A stretch of 64,000 bases of DNA from Pseudomonadaceae bacterium (GTDB taxonomy: Bacteria > Pseudomonadota > Gammaproteobacteria > Pseudomonadales > Pseudomonadaceae): contig JAIETJ010000030.1 in the NCBI GenBank assembly GCA_019745275.1, positions 992 to 64,991 on the forward strand, given 5' to 3'. The position numbers and the translations under genes were made by a program. Position 1 is the first letter of the stretch. Every line of letters begins with the position of its first letter. Of the stretch, positions 1 through 8,994 are shown in pieces. The notes under the pieces are model-generated. The model was given only the letters and a program-made list of their open reading frames with translations, did no database searches and had not been told where the DNA came from.

Positions 1-1212
1 ACCTTCGCCCTTGGCGATGTCATCCAGCATGGCGACCATTTGCTTGAGTGGTCGAGCGATGCCGTGGCCGACCAACCACACCACCAGTAAGCCCAGTGCA
101 GCGATCAGTAGGCCCACGAGCATCATGCCGAAGGTGTCGGCCTGACCTTGGGTTTGCAGGTCTTGTTGCAGTTGTTGCAGATCACCCATGACCGCATCAA
201 TCGGTAGCTGCAGCATGAGGGTCCAGCGCACACCAGTGTCGGCGATGTTGAATGGCATAAACAGTTTGATTAAGCCGCTGGCGGGGTCAACTTGATATTG
301 CGGCTGTAAGCCTGTGAGTTGCTTGAGGGTCGCTAGATCGTCGGGGTTCAAGATTGAACTGGCCAGTTTGCCTACTTTGCTGGCGTCCTTGCTGTAAGCC
401 ACCACGCTGGTATTGGCTGAAAACAGTGCGATTTGCCCTGCGCCTTCATAAAGTTGAGCGTTTGCCGTGCTCAACAACTCTTGGGTGAACGCCATGGCGA
501 TATCGCTACCGGCGGAGCCAACGAATTTTTTGTTGACGATGATAGGTACGGCAAAGGTGGTGCTGACGATGAATTTGTCGCCGACCGGATAGGACACAGG
601 ATCAATTACGCAGTCTTTTAACGTGCGTTTGGGGCACAGATAGTACTCGCCCATGGCCGTGCCGTTGGCATTCAGGGTAGTGCTTTCCATCTCATTGGCT
701 TTCAGTGTTTCCAAGGTGCTGGAGCCGTCGGTATTGCGATACCAAAACGGCAGGTAGCGCCCATTGGCATCGCTGCCTGCTGCGGTTTGGCCCTTGTACA
801 GCTCATCGTTGCCACCGAAGGCATTGGTTTCCCAGCCGATGTAGTAGTCCATGATCTTTGGGTTTTGCTTGCCCATCTGGCTGACCAAACGGGTCATTTC
901 TTCGCGGCTAATATCCAACAGGGGGGTGCCGCTCGCATCGGTCTCCCCCATCAGCATATTAGTTTGCGCCAGACTGCGTGCAGTGGTTAGGGCAAGATCC
1001 AGCTCTCGCTGGATTTCCTTGACTTGGGTTTGACCTAGAGAAATCAGCCGCTCGTTGATGACTTTTTCCAGCAGTTCTTGGGTGCGCTGCTGTACCAAGG
1101 CTTCGGTGCGGTTGCCGGCAAACACCGAATACAACACTAAGGCGATGACCACCGCCAGCACGCTGGCACCGGACCAAACGGCCACAGAAAACTGAATAGA
1201 TTTGAATTTCAT
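1..1212 (-). CDS. Methyl-accepting chemotaxis protein, dCache type (McpU/TlpQ-like); N-terminal part only, runs off the window
   Basis: Hand-translated, not in the ORF track: ATG at 1212, MKFKSIQFSVAVWSGASVLAVVIALVLY (TM1), long periplasmic region, TM2, then HAMP start IARPLKQMVAMLDDIAKGEG at the window edge. Confidence 0.88.
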   Translation of the reverse strand, partial: MKFKSIQFSVAVWSGASVLAVVIALVLYSVFAGNRTEALVQQRTQELLEKVINERLISLGQTQVKEIQRELDLALTTARSLAQTNMLMGETDASGTPLLDISREEMTRLVSQMGKQNPKIMDYYIGWETNAFGGNDELYKGQTAAGSDANGRYLPFWYRNTDGSSTLETLKANEMESTTLNANGTAMGEYYLCPKRTLKDCVIDPVSYPVGDKFIVSTTFAVPIIVNKKFVGSAGSDIAMAFTQELLSTANAQLYEGAGQIALFSANTSVVAYSKDASKVGKLASSILNPDDLATLKQLTGLQPQYQVDPASGLIKLFMPFNIADTGVRWTLMLQLPIDAVMGDLQQLQQDLQTQGQADTFGMMLVGLLIAALGLLVVWLVGHGIARPLKQMVAMLDDIAKGEG

Positions 1213-1250
1213 AGCGGCTCCAAGGTCTTCGGATTACACCTGTCCTTGGC

Positions 1251-1277
1251 ATATCGGCGGGCTACCTGAAAGCATGA
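1251..1277 (-). promoter_or_regulatory. Putative sigma-28 (FliA) promoter of the chemoreceptor
   Basis: Minus strand TCATG-N14-GCCGATAT, close to the TCAAG-N14-GCCGATA consensus, just upstream of an MCP gene. Confidence 0.6.
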
Positions 1278-1378
1278 GCCCGCTCTAAGCAAAGGCTGTT
1301 ATCGGTGAATGTGCAAGTTGCTTAGCTGGCTATGATCGGGCTGTTAAGATGGCGCATCTATTTCAATGGAGAAGTCCT

Positions 1379-2200
1379 GTGGGCAAGTTGTTGCGCGTAA
1401 GTGGTTTGAGTCTGGCGGTGTGGCTGGCCGGTTGTCAGTCGGTGAATACCACGCGTGCCGGTGCGGTTGGGGTGGAGCGCCAGCAGTACATGTTCAGCAT
1501 GCTGTCGACCCAGCAGGTTAATCAGATGTATGAACAGTCGTATCAGCAAACGCTCAGCGAGGCCTCTAGGCAAGGGGCGCTGGACAACAGCAGCGCCAAT
1601 GCCAAGCGCGTTAACGCCATAGCTCAGCGCTTGATTGCGCAGGCGCCGGTGTTTCGCCCGGATGCCGCGCAGTGGGACTGGCAGGTCAACTTAATCGACA
1701 GTAAAGAGTTGAACGCCAACTGCGGCCCCGGCGGAAAAATCATCGTCTACAGCGGTTTAATCGAGCAGTTGCAACTCAGCGATGACGAACTGGCCGCAGT
1801 GATGGGCCACGAAATTGCTCACGCCTTGCGCGAGCATGGCCGCGAGGCGATGTCCAAAGCCTATGGCACGCAAATGGCTCAACAAGGCATTGGCGCTTTG
1901 CTCGGTTTGGGCCAAGACAGCATGGCGCTGGCCGATCAGGTGGTGCAACTCGGCATGACCCTGCCCAATAGCCGGGAAAACGAAAATGAGGCCGATTTGA
2001 TTGGTCTAGAGCTGTCCGCCCGCGCCGGTTACAACCCCGAGGCGGCGGTTAGCTTGTGGCAGAAGATGGCCCGTGTGAGCGAAGGGGCACCACCGGAATT
2101 TATGAGTACTCACCCGGCATCGGGTAGCCGGATTACCGCGCTGCAAGGCGCCATTCCCAAAGTGCTGCCGTTGTATCAGCAGGCAAAAGGCAAAAGCTAA
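1379..2200 (+). CDS. M48 family zinc metallopeptidase, lipoprotein
   Basis: HEIAH zinc motif, NEADLIG, FMSTHP; lipobox LAGC; GTG start after GGAGA. Confidence 0.9.
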   Translation: MGKLLRVSGLSLAVWLAGCQSVNTTRAGAVGVERQQYMFSMLSTQQVNQMYEQSYQQTLSEASRQGALDNSSANAKRVNAIAQRLIAQAPVFRPDAAQWDWQVNLIDSKELNANCGPGGKIIVYSGLIEQLQLSDDELAAVMGHEIAHALREHGREAMSKAYGTQMAQQGIGALLGLGQDSMALADQVVQLGMTLPNSRENENEADLIGLELSARAGYNPEAAVSLWQKMARVSEGAPPEFMSTHPASGSRITALQGAIPKVLPLYQQAKGKS

Positions 2201-2247
2201 GCGCTGCGCCGGCGCCAGCAGGTAAGGCTGGCGCCGTTCGAGCGTGG

Positions 2248-2925
2248 TTACTGCAAACTAAAGACTTTTTTCGCTAGGCTAGTCGCGGCGTCGGCCGGGT
2301 TTTTACGGATGTCCGCCTCTTGCTCGGCGATCACCTTAAACAAGCCATCCAGTGCTTGCTCAGTGACGTAGTTTTCGATGTTGGCGCTTTTTGCATCGAT
2401 AGCGCCGAAGCTCGCCGCTTGGCCAGCGAAGCTGTTGTATTGCTTGGCCAAACCGACCTGATTCGTCGCCTGCTGCACTATCGGTAAGAACTTAGTGCGC
2501 AATTGCGTGCGACTGGTTTTGTTTAGGTATTGGGTGGCGGCATCGTCTGGGCCGGTGAGGATGCTCTTGGCATCTTGCACGCTCATCTTCTTCACCGCAT
2601 CCAGCAGCAGGGCTTGGGCCTGAGGCACTGCCGCTTCGGCGGCCTTGTTCATGCTGGCTTCGAGCTGGTCAACCTGCGCGCCCATACCCATCATCTTCAT
2701 CGCCGAGGCGGCTTTGCCGAGATTGCCTGGCAACCCGATGCGCATCTGCGGGTCGGCGCTGAAACCACCGGGCTTGCCCAGTTGCGCGATGGCCACTTTG
2801 GAGCCTTGCGCAAGGGCATCTTTAAGGCCGGTGCTGGCGTCTTGCTGGCTTAAATCGGCCAAAGAAAAGGCTAAACAGTTGGCCGAGAGTGCAAGGCCGG
2901 TGAGCAGGGTGGTGAGTCGCAGCAT
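2248..2925 (-). CDS. DUF4197 family exported protein
   Basis: Signal peptide; GLKDAL, SMNKAAEAAV, QDAKSIL, EQALDGLF..IAEQEADIRKNP pattern. Confidence 0.85.
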   Translation of the reverse strand: MLRLTTLLTGLALSANCLAFSLADLSQQDASTGLKDALAQGSKVAIAQLGKPGGFSADPQMRIGLPGNLGKAASAMKMMGMGAQVDQLEASMNKAAEAAVPQAQALLLDAVKKMSVQDAKSILTGPDDAATQYLNKTSRTQLRTKFLPIVQQATNQVGLAKQYNSFAGQAASFGAIDAKSANIENYVTEQALDGLFKVIAEQEADIRKNPADAATSLAKKVFSLQ

Positions 2926-3021
2926 GGTGGCATCCTTGAGGGCTGTCGCGTCGGTAAGCGCTTAATCATGCCGCCGTTAGCCTTGCTGTACCAGCGCGGA
3001 GTCGCCATGCAGCGGGTGCCG

Positions 3022-3966
3022 CTAAACAATCGCCAGCAATAATTTGTTGCGCCGCCAAGTGCCCAGGCTTTGCAGTAGCCAGCCACTGAGGATAAAGGGC
3101 GCGGTCAGCGGATTGCTTAAACCTAGGTGCAGCCAGCTGAGTTGCAGCAGGGTGGCCAGCAGCATGCCGCTGAGTATCCAGTGTGCGCGGCGTTGCTGTT
3201 GGCGGAGAACAATTGCCACTAAGGCCGCGTTGTAGCCATACAGGCCTTGCAGGGCGTCGCTGGCTTGCCCCAATAACGTCGCCAAGAGAAAACCGAGACT
3301 GGCCCCAGCTAAGGCCCAGAGCGCTAGGCGACGATTAGCCAGCCACAGGCCGAGGCCAATCAGCGCGCCGCTAACGGCATCATTAACCAATAGCACCTGA
3401 CTCAGCCCACGCAGCACGGCCAGCGGCCAATCGAGCAGCCCCATGCTATGCGGCGGACTCAGGGACGCGGCGTTAGTGTGCAAGCCTAGGGCGTCATTAA
3501 ACGCCAGTAATAGCCAGCTCAGCAGCACAAAGGGCGCGGTATAGGCTGGCCAACTGGCGTGCTTGCGGTTATGCCGCAGCCACTGATTAAGGCCGATGCT
3601 CGACAATCCGCTACTGGTGATAATCAGCAGTGGTAGCAGCGGCGACCAAGCCAACTTGGCGCTGAGCAGCAGGCCTAAGAGTGCGCCGTTATAGCCATAC
3701 AGGCCGCTATTAATGTCGGGTATTGGGTAATGCCGACGTTTGGCCGTCAGCCAGCCGGTAAAGCTGCCGAGCACCACGCCACCGAGCAATTGTGGCGCGC
3801 CCCAGCCAATCGCCAATAAGCACAGCAAGCCACACAGCGGATGGCGCAGGAGAAATACTTGGCTGTAGCTATTAAGTACGGCCGCAGCCCAATCATTGGC
3901 TGATTGCCGGGTAATTCGTGTGTGTCGCAGCGAGGGAAAGAGGGGCGAGCGCATAGGCGTGGTCAT
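3022..3966 (-). CDS. Urea transporter (UT family)
   Basis: Two repeats with GLYGYNG/GLYGYNA, SQV and TAPF motifs; very hydrophobic. Confidence 0.88.
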   Translation of the reverse strand: MTTPMRSPLFPSLRHTRITRQSANDWAAAVLNSYSQVFLLRHPLCGLLCLLAIGWGAPQLLGGVVLGSFTGWLTAKRRHYPIPDINSGLYGYNGALLGLLLSAKLAWSPLLPLLIITSSGLSSIGLNQWLRHNRKHASWPAYTAPFVLLSWLLLAFNDALGLHTNAASLSPPHSMGLLDWPLAVLRGLSQVLLVNDAVSGALIGLGLWLANRRLALWALAGASLGFLLATLLGQASDALQGLYGYNAALVAIVLRQQQRRAHWILSGMLLATLLQLSWLHLGLSNPLTAPFILSGWLLQSLGTWRRNKLLLAIV

Positions 3967-4024
3967 GGGTTAAGCAGCATTGTTGGGGGGTATAAATGCG
4001 TCGCGGTAACGGGCACGCAGCCGA

Positions 4025-4057
4025 AAAAAGCGTCCAACGGCAGGGCCGTTGGACGCT
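4025..4057 (-). terminator. Intrinsic terminator after pyk
   Basis: gcgtccaacggc/gccgttggacgc stem followed by a T6 run on the minus strand. Confidence 0.6.
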
Positions 4058-4113
4058 AGGCCAGAGGGGGCGTTGTTGCTCGGGAAGCGAGACGCAATGG
4101 ACTGCGATTTAAC

Positions 4114-5529
4114 TCAGTGCAGGGTCTCAATACGCAGCGTATTGGTGCTGCCCGGTTGGCCAAAGGGCACGCCGGCGGTGATCACCAGGGTGTCGCCGCG
4201 CTGCGCCATGTTTTGTGCGTGGGCGATTTCCAGCGCGGTGCTGGTGATTTCCTCGACCTTGCTGAGCCGCGCATTGACCACCGAGTACACCCCCCACGCC
4301 ACGGTTAAGCGCCGCGCGGTGTTGACGTTCGGGGTCAGGCTCAAGATCGGCGTCTTCGGCCGCTCACGTGAGGCGCGCAAACTCGAAGCCCCCGATTCGG
4401 TGTAATTGACCAGCGCGGCCACCGGCAAAATGCTGCTGATGCGGCGGATTGCGCAGCTGATCGCATCCGAGGCGGTGGCTTCGGCTTGCGGGCGACTGAC
4501 GTCGAGTTGCGCTTGGAAGTCCGGGCCGTTTTCCACTTGGCGGATGATCTTGCTCATCATCTGTACTGCTTCCAGCGGGTAATCACCGGAGGCGGTTTCC
4601 GCCGAGAGCATCACCGCATCGGCACCTTCGGCCACCGCGTTAGCCACGTCGGTGACTTCGGCGCGGGTTGGCGCTGGCGAGAAGCGCATCGACTCGAGCA
4701 TCTGGGTGGCCACTACCACGGGTTTACCGAGCTGGCGGCAGGTGCGGATGATGTCTTTCTGGATGCGTGGCACGTTCTCAGCCGGCACTTCCACGCCCAA
4801 ATCGCCACGGGCCACCATGATCGCATCGCAGAGTTCGGCGATCGCGTGCAGGTGTTCAACAGCTGAAGGTTTTTCGATTTTGGCCATCAAGAAGGCCTGG
4901 TCACCGATCAGCGCACGGGCTTCGACAATGTCTTGCGGGCGCTGCACAAACGACAGCGCCACCCAGTCGACCCCCAGTTTGAGGCCGTAGTCCAGATCGA
5001 TGCGGTCTTTAGTGGTTAGCGGGCTGAGTTCCAGCACCGCTTCTGGCACGTTAACGCCTTTACGGTCAGACAATTCGCCGCCGGCAATCACGATGGTGTC
5101 GATCGCGTCGCGGTATTTGGCGGTTACTTGCAGGCGCAATTTGCCGTCGTCCAGCAGCAGGTTCATGCCCGGCTGCAGGGCGTCGATAATTTCTGGATGG
5201 GGCAAGTTAGCGCGCTCGACGGTGCCGGGTGCAGCATTCAAATCGAGGCGAAAGGCTTGGCCGCGCAGCAAGTTGACCTTTCCCTCGGCAAAGCGGCCGA
5301 CGCGCAACTTCGGCCCTTGCAGGTCCATCAAAATACCGATTGGTTGGTTCAACTGGCGCTCCACTTCGCGCACCCAGTTGAAGCGTTCGGCGTGGTCGGC
5401 GTGCTCGCCGTGGCTGAAGTTCAAACGGAATAAATTCACCCCGGCTTCGACCAGTTGGCGAATGTCGTCGACGCCCTTAATGGCAGGGCCGAGGGTGGCG
5501 AGTATTTTGACTTTTTTATCGGCAATCAT
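4114..5529 (-). CDS. pyk: Pyruvate kinase
   Basis: KILATLGP, RLNFSHG, DLQGPKLR, MVARGDLGVE, ATQMLESM, MLSAETA. Confidence 0.97.
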   Translation of the reverse strand: MIADKKVKILATLGPAIKGVDDIRQLVEAGVNLFRLNFSHGEHADHAERFNWVREVERQLNQPIGILMDLQGPKLRVGRFAEGKVNLLRGQAFRLDLNAAPGTVERANLPHPEIIDALQPGMNLLLDDGKLRLQVTAKYRDAIDTIVIAGGELSDRKGVNVPEAVLELSPLTTKDRIDLDYGLKLGVDWVALSFVQRPQDIVEARALIGDQAFLMAKIEKPSAVEHLHAIAELCDAIMVARGDLGVEVPAENVPRIQKDIIRTCRQLGKPVVVATQMLESMRFSPAPTRAEVTDVANAVAEGADAVMLSAETASGDYPLEAVQMMSKIIRQVENGPDFQAQLDVSRPQAEATASDAISCAIRRISSILPVAALVNYTESGASSLRASRERPKTPILSLTPNVNTARRLTVAWGVYSVVNARLSKVEEITSTALEIAHAQNMAQRGDTLVITAGVPFGQPGSTNTLRIETLH

Positions 5530-6809
5530 TGAGCATTCTCCAATATGAGGATGGCGCGGAAATCGTTGACGTTGGTACGGGTCGGGCCGGTGACGATTAA
5601 ATCGTCGAGGGCGGCGAAGTAGCCGTAGCCGTTGTTGTTGTCCAGTTCATGGGCAGCGCTTAGGCCCAGAGCCGCTGCGCGGGCATAGCTGTCGGGGCGC
5701 ATAAGCGCGCCGGCGTTGTCCTCCGAGCCGTCGATGCCATCGGTGTCGCCGGCCAGCGCATACACGCCGGGTAAGCCTTTGAGGCTCTCGGTGAGACTGA
5801 GTAAAAACTCCGCATTGCGTCCGCCGCGGCCGTTGCCGCGCACCGTCACGGTGGTTTCGCCGCCGGACAAAATCACGCAGGGCGGCTTGATTGGTTGGCC
5901 GTGCAGGACGATCTGCCGGGCAATTCCGGCGTGCACCTTGGCTACTTCGCGTGATTCACCTTCTAAGTCGCCGAGAATGATCGGCGTGATGCCAGCCGCG
6001 CGGGCGCGGGCGGCGGCCGCTTCGAGGGACTGTTGCGGGGTGGCGATCAGTTGGTAATGGCTGCGGCTCAGGCACGGGTCGGCATGCTTAACCGTCTCGG
6101 CGCGCGGGTCTTGCAGGCGCGCCAGCACCGCCGCCGGCACCTCGATGGCGTAACGCTGCAGAATCGCCAGTGCCTCGGCCAAGGTGCTCGGGTCGGCCAC
6201 GCTGGGGCCTGAGGCAATCACCGTTGGGTCGTCGCCCGGCACGTCAGAGATGGCAAAGGTGTGGATGCTGGCGGGCCAGCAGGCCTTGGCCAAGCGGCCG
6301 CCTTTAATCGCCGAGAGGTGTTTGCGTACGCAGTTCATCTCGCTGATGCTGGCGCCGGATTTGAGCAGGGCTTTGTTGATGCTTTGTTTGTCGGCTAGCG
6401 ACAGGCCGGAGGCAGGCAGGGCGAGCAGGGCCGAGCCGCCACCGGAGAGCAAGAAAATCACTCGGTCCGCTTCGCTCAAACCCGTGACCAGTTTCAGTAC
6501 CCGTTGAGCCACGGCTAAACCAGCGGCATCCGGCACTGGGTGAGCGGCCTCGACCACTTCGATTTTTGTGCAGTAGGCGCCGTGACCGTAGCGGGTCACT
6601 ACAAGGCCGGAAATCTCGCCTTGCCACTCGCGCTCGATGACTTCGGCCATGGCGGCGGCGGCTTTACCAGCGCCGATAACGATAACGCGGCCAGTGCGGT
6701 CGGCGGGCAAATGGTCGGCCAGCACTTGGCGTGGGTGCGCGGCGTCGATGGCAGTGCTGAATAACTCGCGTAGCAGCGATTCTGGATTAATAGCTAAATG
6801 GATAGGCAT
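5526..6809 (-). CDS. ttuD: Glycerate kinase type 2 (MOFRL/TtuD family)
   Basis: GAGKAAAAM, SGGGSAL, IKGGRLA, SGGETTV, DTDGIDG, GPTRTNVND; overlaps pyk start. Confidence 0.92.
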   Translation of the reverse strand: MPIHLAINPESLLRELFSTAIDAAHPRQVLADHLPADRTGRVIVIGAGKAAAAMAEVIEREWQGEISGLVVTRYGHGAYCTKIEVVEAAHPVPDAAGLAVAQRVLKLVTGLSEADRVIFLLSGGGSALLALPASGLSLADKQSINKALLKSGASISEMNCVRKHLSAIKGGRLAKACWPASIHTFAISDVPGDDPTVIASGPSVADPSTLAEALAILQRYAIEVPAAVLARLQDPRAETVKHADPCLSRSHYQLIATPQQSLEAAAARARAAGITPIILGDLEGESREVAKVHAGIARQIVLHGQPIKPPCVILSGGETTVTVRGNGRGGRNAEFLLSLTESLKGLPGVYALAGDTDGIDGSEDNAGALMRPDSYARAAALGLSAAHELDNNNGYGYFAALDDLIVTGPTRTNVNDFRAILILENAQ

Positions 6810-6958
6810 CGCATGCTCCCTAATGAGTGTGGGTGTGGCGGGTTCGATTGCAGTCCTTAAGGGTCGCTAAATGCACAACGCTTAGGGGCTGGAATCGACC
6901 AGCCCGGCAGAACAGGCCGTGACACCGTCTGCCGGGAGGTCGAAATGGGCGTAGCCGT

Positions 6959-7081
6959 GGACAAATTACTGCGTTCGGCTATGCGGCGTTGAAATCAGCC
7001 TCGCAATGCTCATGTACAGACGTACATTGCGCTTGCTCGGTTGACTTCGCCTTGCCTAGCTTTGGTTCGCTACATTTGTCC
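6959..7081. repeat. Palindromic intergenic repeat (MITE/IRU-like family, copy 1)
   Basis: Terminal IR ggacaaat...atttgtcc; reverse complement has caaggcg...tgtac-N-gtaca-tgagc...aacgc, shared with 62717-62860. Confidence 0.7.
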
Positions 7082-7129
7082 GCAACTACTTTGCTTTGCT
7101 CGCCACTGACCGGCGAGCAATTACAGCGC

Positions 7130-8020
7130 TTACTCTTTGCGGATCGAGAAGTTGGCCATGTGCTCCAAGCCCTTGATCAGCGCCGAGTGGTCCCAGTTGC
7201 TGCCGCCGATGGCCGCACAGGTGCTGAACACTTGCTGGGCATTGGCGGTATTGGGCAGGTTCAAGCCTAGTTCACGGGCACCGGCCAGCGCGAGGTTGAG
7301 GTCTTTCTGGTGCAGGCTGATACGGAAACCCGGATCGAAGGTGCCTTTGATCATGCGCTCGCCGTGCATTTCGAGGATCTTCGAGCCAGCAAAACCACCC
7401 ATCAGCGCTTCGCGCACCTTGGCCGGATCGGCGCCGTTTTTGGCGGCGAACAGCAAGGCTTCGGCCACCGCCTGAATGTTCAGGGCGACGATGATCTGGT
7501 TAGCCACTTTGGCGGTCTGGCCGTCACCATTGGCGCCAACGTGGGTGATGTTCTTGCCCATCGCCTGGAACAGTGGCAGTACGCGTTGGAAGGCTTGTGG
7601 GCAGCCGCCGACCATGATCGACAGGGTCGCGGCCTTAGCACCGACTTCGCCGCCGGACACGGGTGCGTCGAGGTAGCTGGCACCGGTGGCCTTGATCTTC
7701 TCGGCGAAAATTTTGGTCGCGGTCGGCGAGATCGAGCTCATGTCGATCACTACTTTACCGGCGGTTACCCCGGCTGCCACGCCGTCGGCGCGGAACAGTA
7801 CGTCGTCCACCTGCGGGGTATCCGGCACCATGATGATGATGAATTCGGCTTCTTGCGCCACTTCGCGCGGGTTGGCCAGGCCAATCCCGTGCTCGCCCAA
7901 CAGGTCGGCTGGGGCCTTGTCGAAGTGCTCGGAGAAAAACAACGTGTGGCCGGCATTTTGTAGATTTTGGGCCATCGGCTTGCCCATGATGCCAGTGCCG
8001 ATAAATCCGATTTTAGCCAT
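7130..8020 (-). CDS. glxR: 2-hydroxy-3-oxopropionate (tartronate semialdehyde) reductase
   Basis: GFIGTGIMG Rossmann motif, DAPVSGG, KVANQI; inside the gcl operon. Confidence 0.95.
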   Translation of the reverse strand: MAKIGFIGTGIMGKPMAQNLQNAGHTLFFSEHFDKAPADLLGEHGIGLANPREVAQEAEFIIIMVPDTPQVDDVLFRADGVAAGVTAGKVVIDMSSISPTATKIFAEKIKATGASYLDAPVSGGEVGAKAATLSIMVGGCPQAFQRVLPLFQAMGKNITHVGANGDGQTAKVANQIIVALNIQAVAEALLFAAKNGADPAKVREALMGGFAGSKILEMHGERMIKGTFDPGFRISLHQKDLNLALAGARELGLNLPNTANAQQVFSTCAAIGGSNWDHSALIKGLEHMANFSIRKE

Positions 8021-8068
8021 GTGCGATGCTCCTAAATTCTCTGCTGGGTAGTCGGTGTGGGGCGTGGC

Positions 8069-8851
8069 TTAAATAACGTTATGGCTTCTCATCCAGCCAA
8101 GACCGGCAGTGGTGCTGGTCAGCGGCTTGTATTCGCAACCCACCCAGCCTTGGTAGCCAATCCGGTCCAGGTGCTCAAACAAGAAGCGGTAGTTAATCTC
8201 GCCGGTGCCAGGCTCGTTACGGCCCGGGTTGTCGGCCAGTTGGATGTGATTGATCACGGCCAGGTGGTTTTCCATGCTGCGGGCCAGATCGCCTTCCATA
8301 ATTTGCATGTGGTAGATGTCGTATTGCAGGTACAGATTGCTGCTGGCGACTTTGTCGCGAATCGCCAGTGCCTGCTGGGTGGTGTTCAAGTAGAAGCCGG
8401 GAATGTCGCGGGTGTTGATCATTTCCATGACCAGCTTGATACCGGCGGCTTGCAGTTGTTCGGCGGCAAACTTCAGGTTGTCGACAAAAGTTTGCTCGAT
8501 GGTCGCGCAGTCGTAGCCAGCGGGACGAATACCGGCCAGGCAGTTGATCTGCGTGTTACCGAGCACCTTGGCGTAGTCGATGGCCTGAGCCACACCGGCG
8601 CGAAATTGTTCGACTCGATCAGGGTGGCAGGCGATGCCGCGCTCGCCCTTGGCCCAGTCGCCCGCAGGCAGGTTGAACAGCACCTGAGTCAGGTTGTTAG
8701 CATTCAGGCGAGCCTTGATCACCTCGACCGGAAAGTCGTAGGGGAACAGGTATTCGACACCGCTAAAGCCTGCATCGGCGGCCGCGTCGAAGCGGTCGAG
8801 GAACTCTTCTTCGGTGAATAACATGGATAAATTGGCGGCAAAGCGGGGCAT
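8069..8851 (-). CDS. hyi: Hydroxypyruvate isomerase
   Basis: MPRFAANLSMLF, VEYLFPY, QYDIYHMQ, PGRNEPGTGEINY; RBS AAGGAG before ATG 8851. Confidence 0.95.
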   Translation of the reverse strand: MPRFAANLSMLFTEEEFLDRFDAAADAGFSGVEYLFPYDFPVEVIKARLNANNLTQVLFNLPAGDWAKGERGIACHPDRVEQFRAGVAQAIDYAKVLGNTQINCLAGIRPAGYDCATIEQTFVDNLKFAAEQLQAAGIKLVMEMINTRDIPGFYLNTTQQALAIRDKVASSNLYLQYDIYHMQIMEGDLARSMENHLAVINHIQLADNPGRNEPGTGEINYRFLFEHLDRIGYQGWVGCEYKPLTSTTAGLGWMRSHNVI

Positions 8852-8906
8852 GTTCGGCTCCTTTAATAGTCCCCTTTCCCGCAAGCAGGAAAGGGGGGTA
8901 TCAGGC

Positions 8907-8989
8907 GTAGGGTGGTCAATCGCGAAGCGTTGGCCACCGATGGTGGTCATACCGTCCAGGTGGCCAAGCTTCGCGTTGACCACCCTACG
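8907..8989. repeat. GTAG-family REP doublet (REPIN)
   Basis: cgtagggtggtcaatcgcgaagc...gcttcgcgttgaccaccctacg inverted pair. Confidence 0.8.
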
Positions 8990-8994
8990 TGGCA

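Noticed and set aside
433-1252. Short ORFs in the first 1.2 kb
   Set aside because: All overlap the minus-strand chemoreceptor, which the track missed because it lacks a stop within the window
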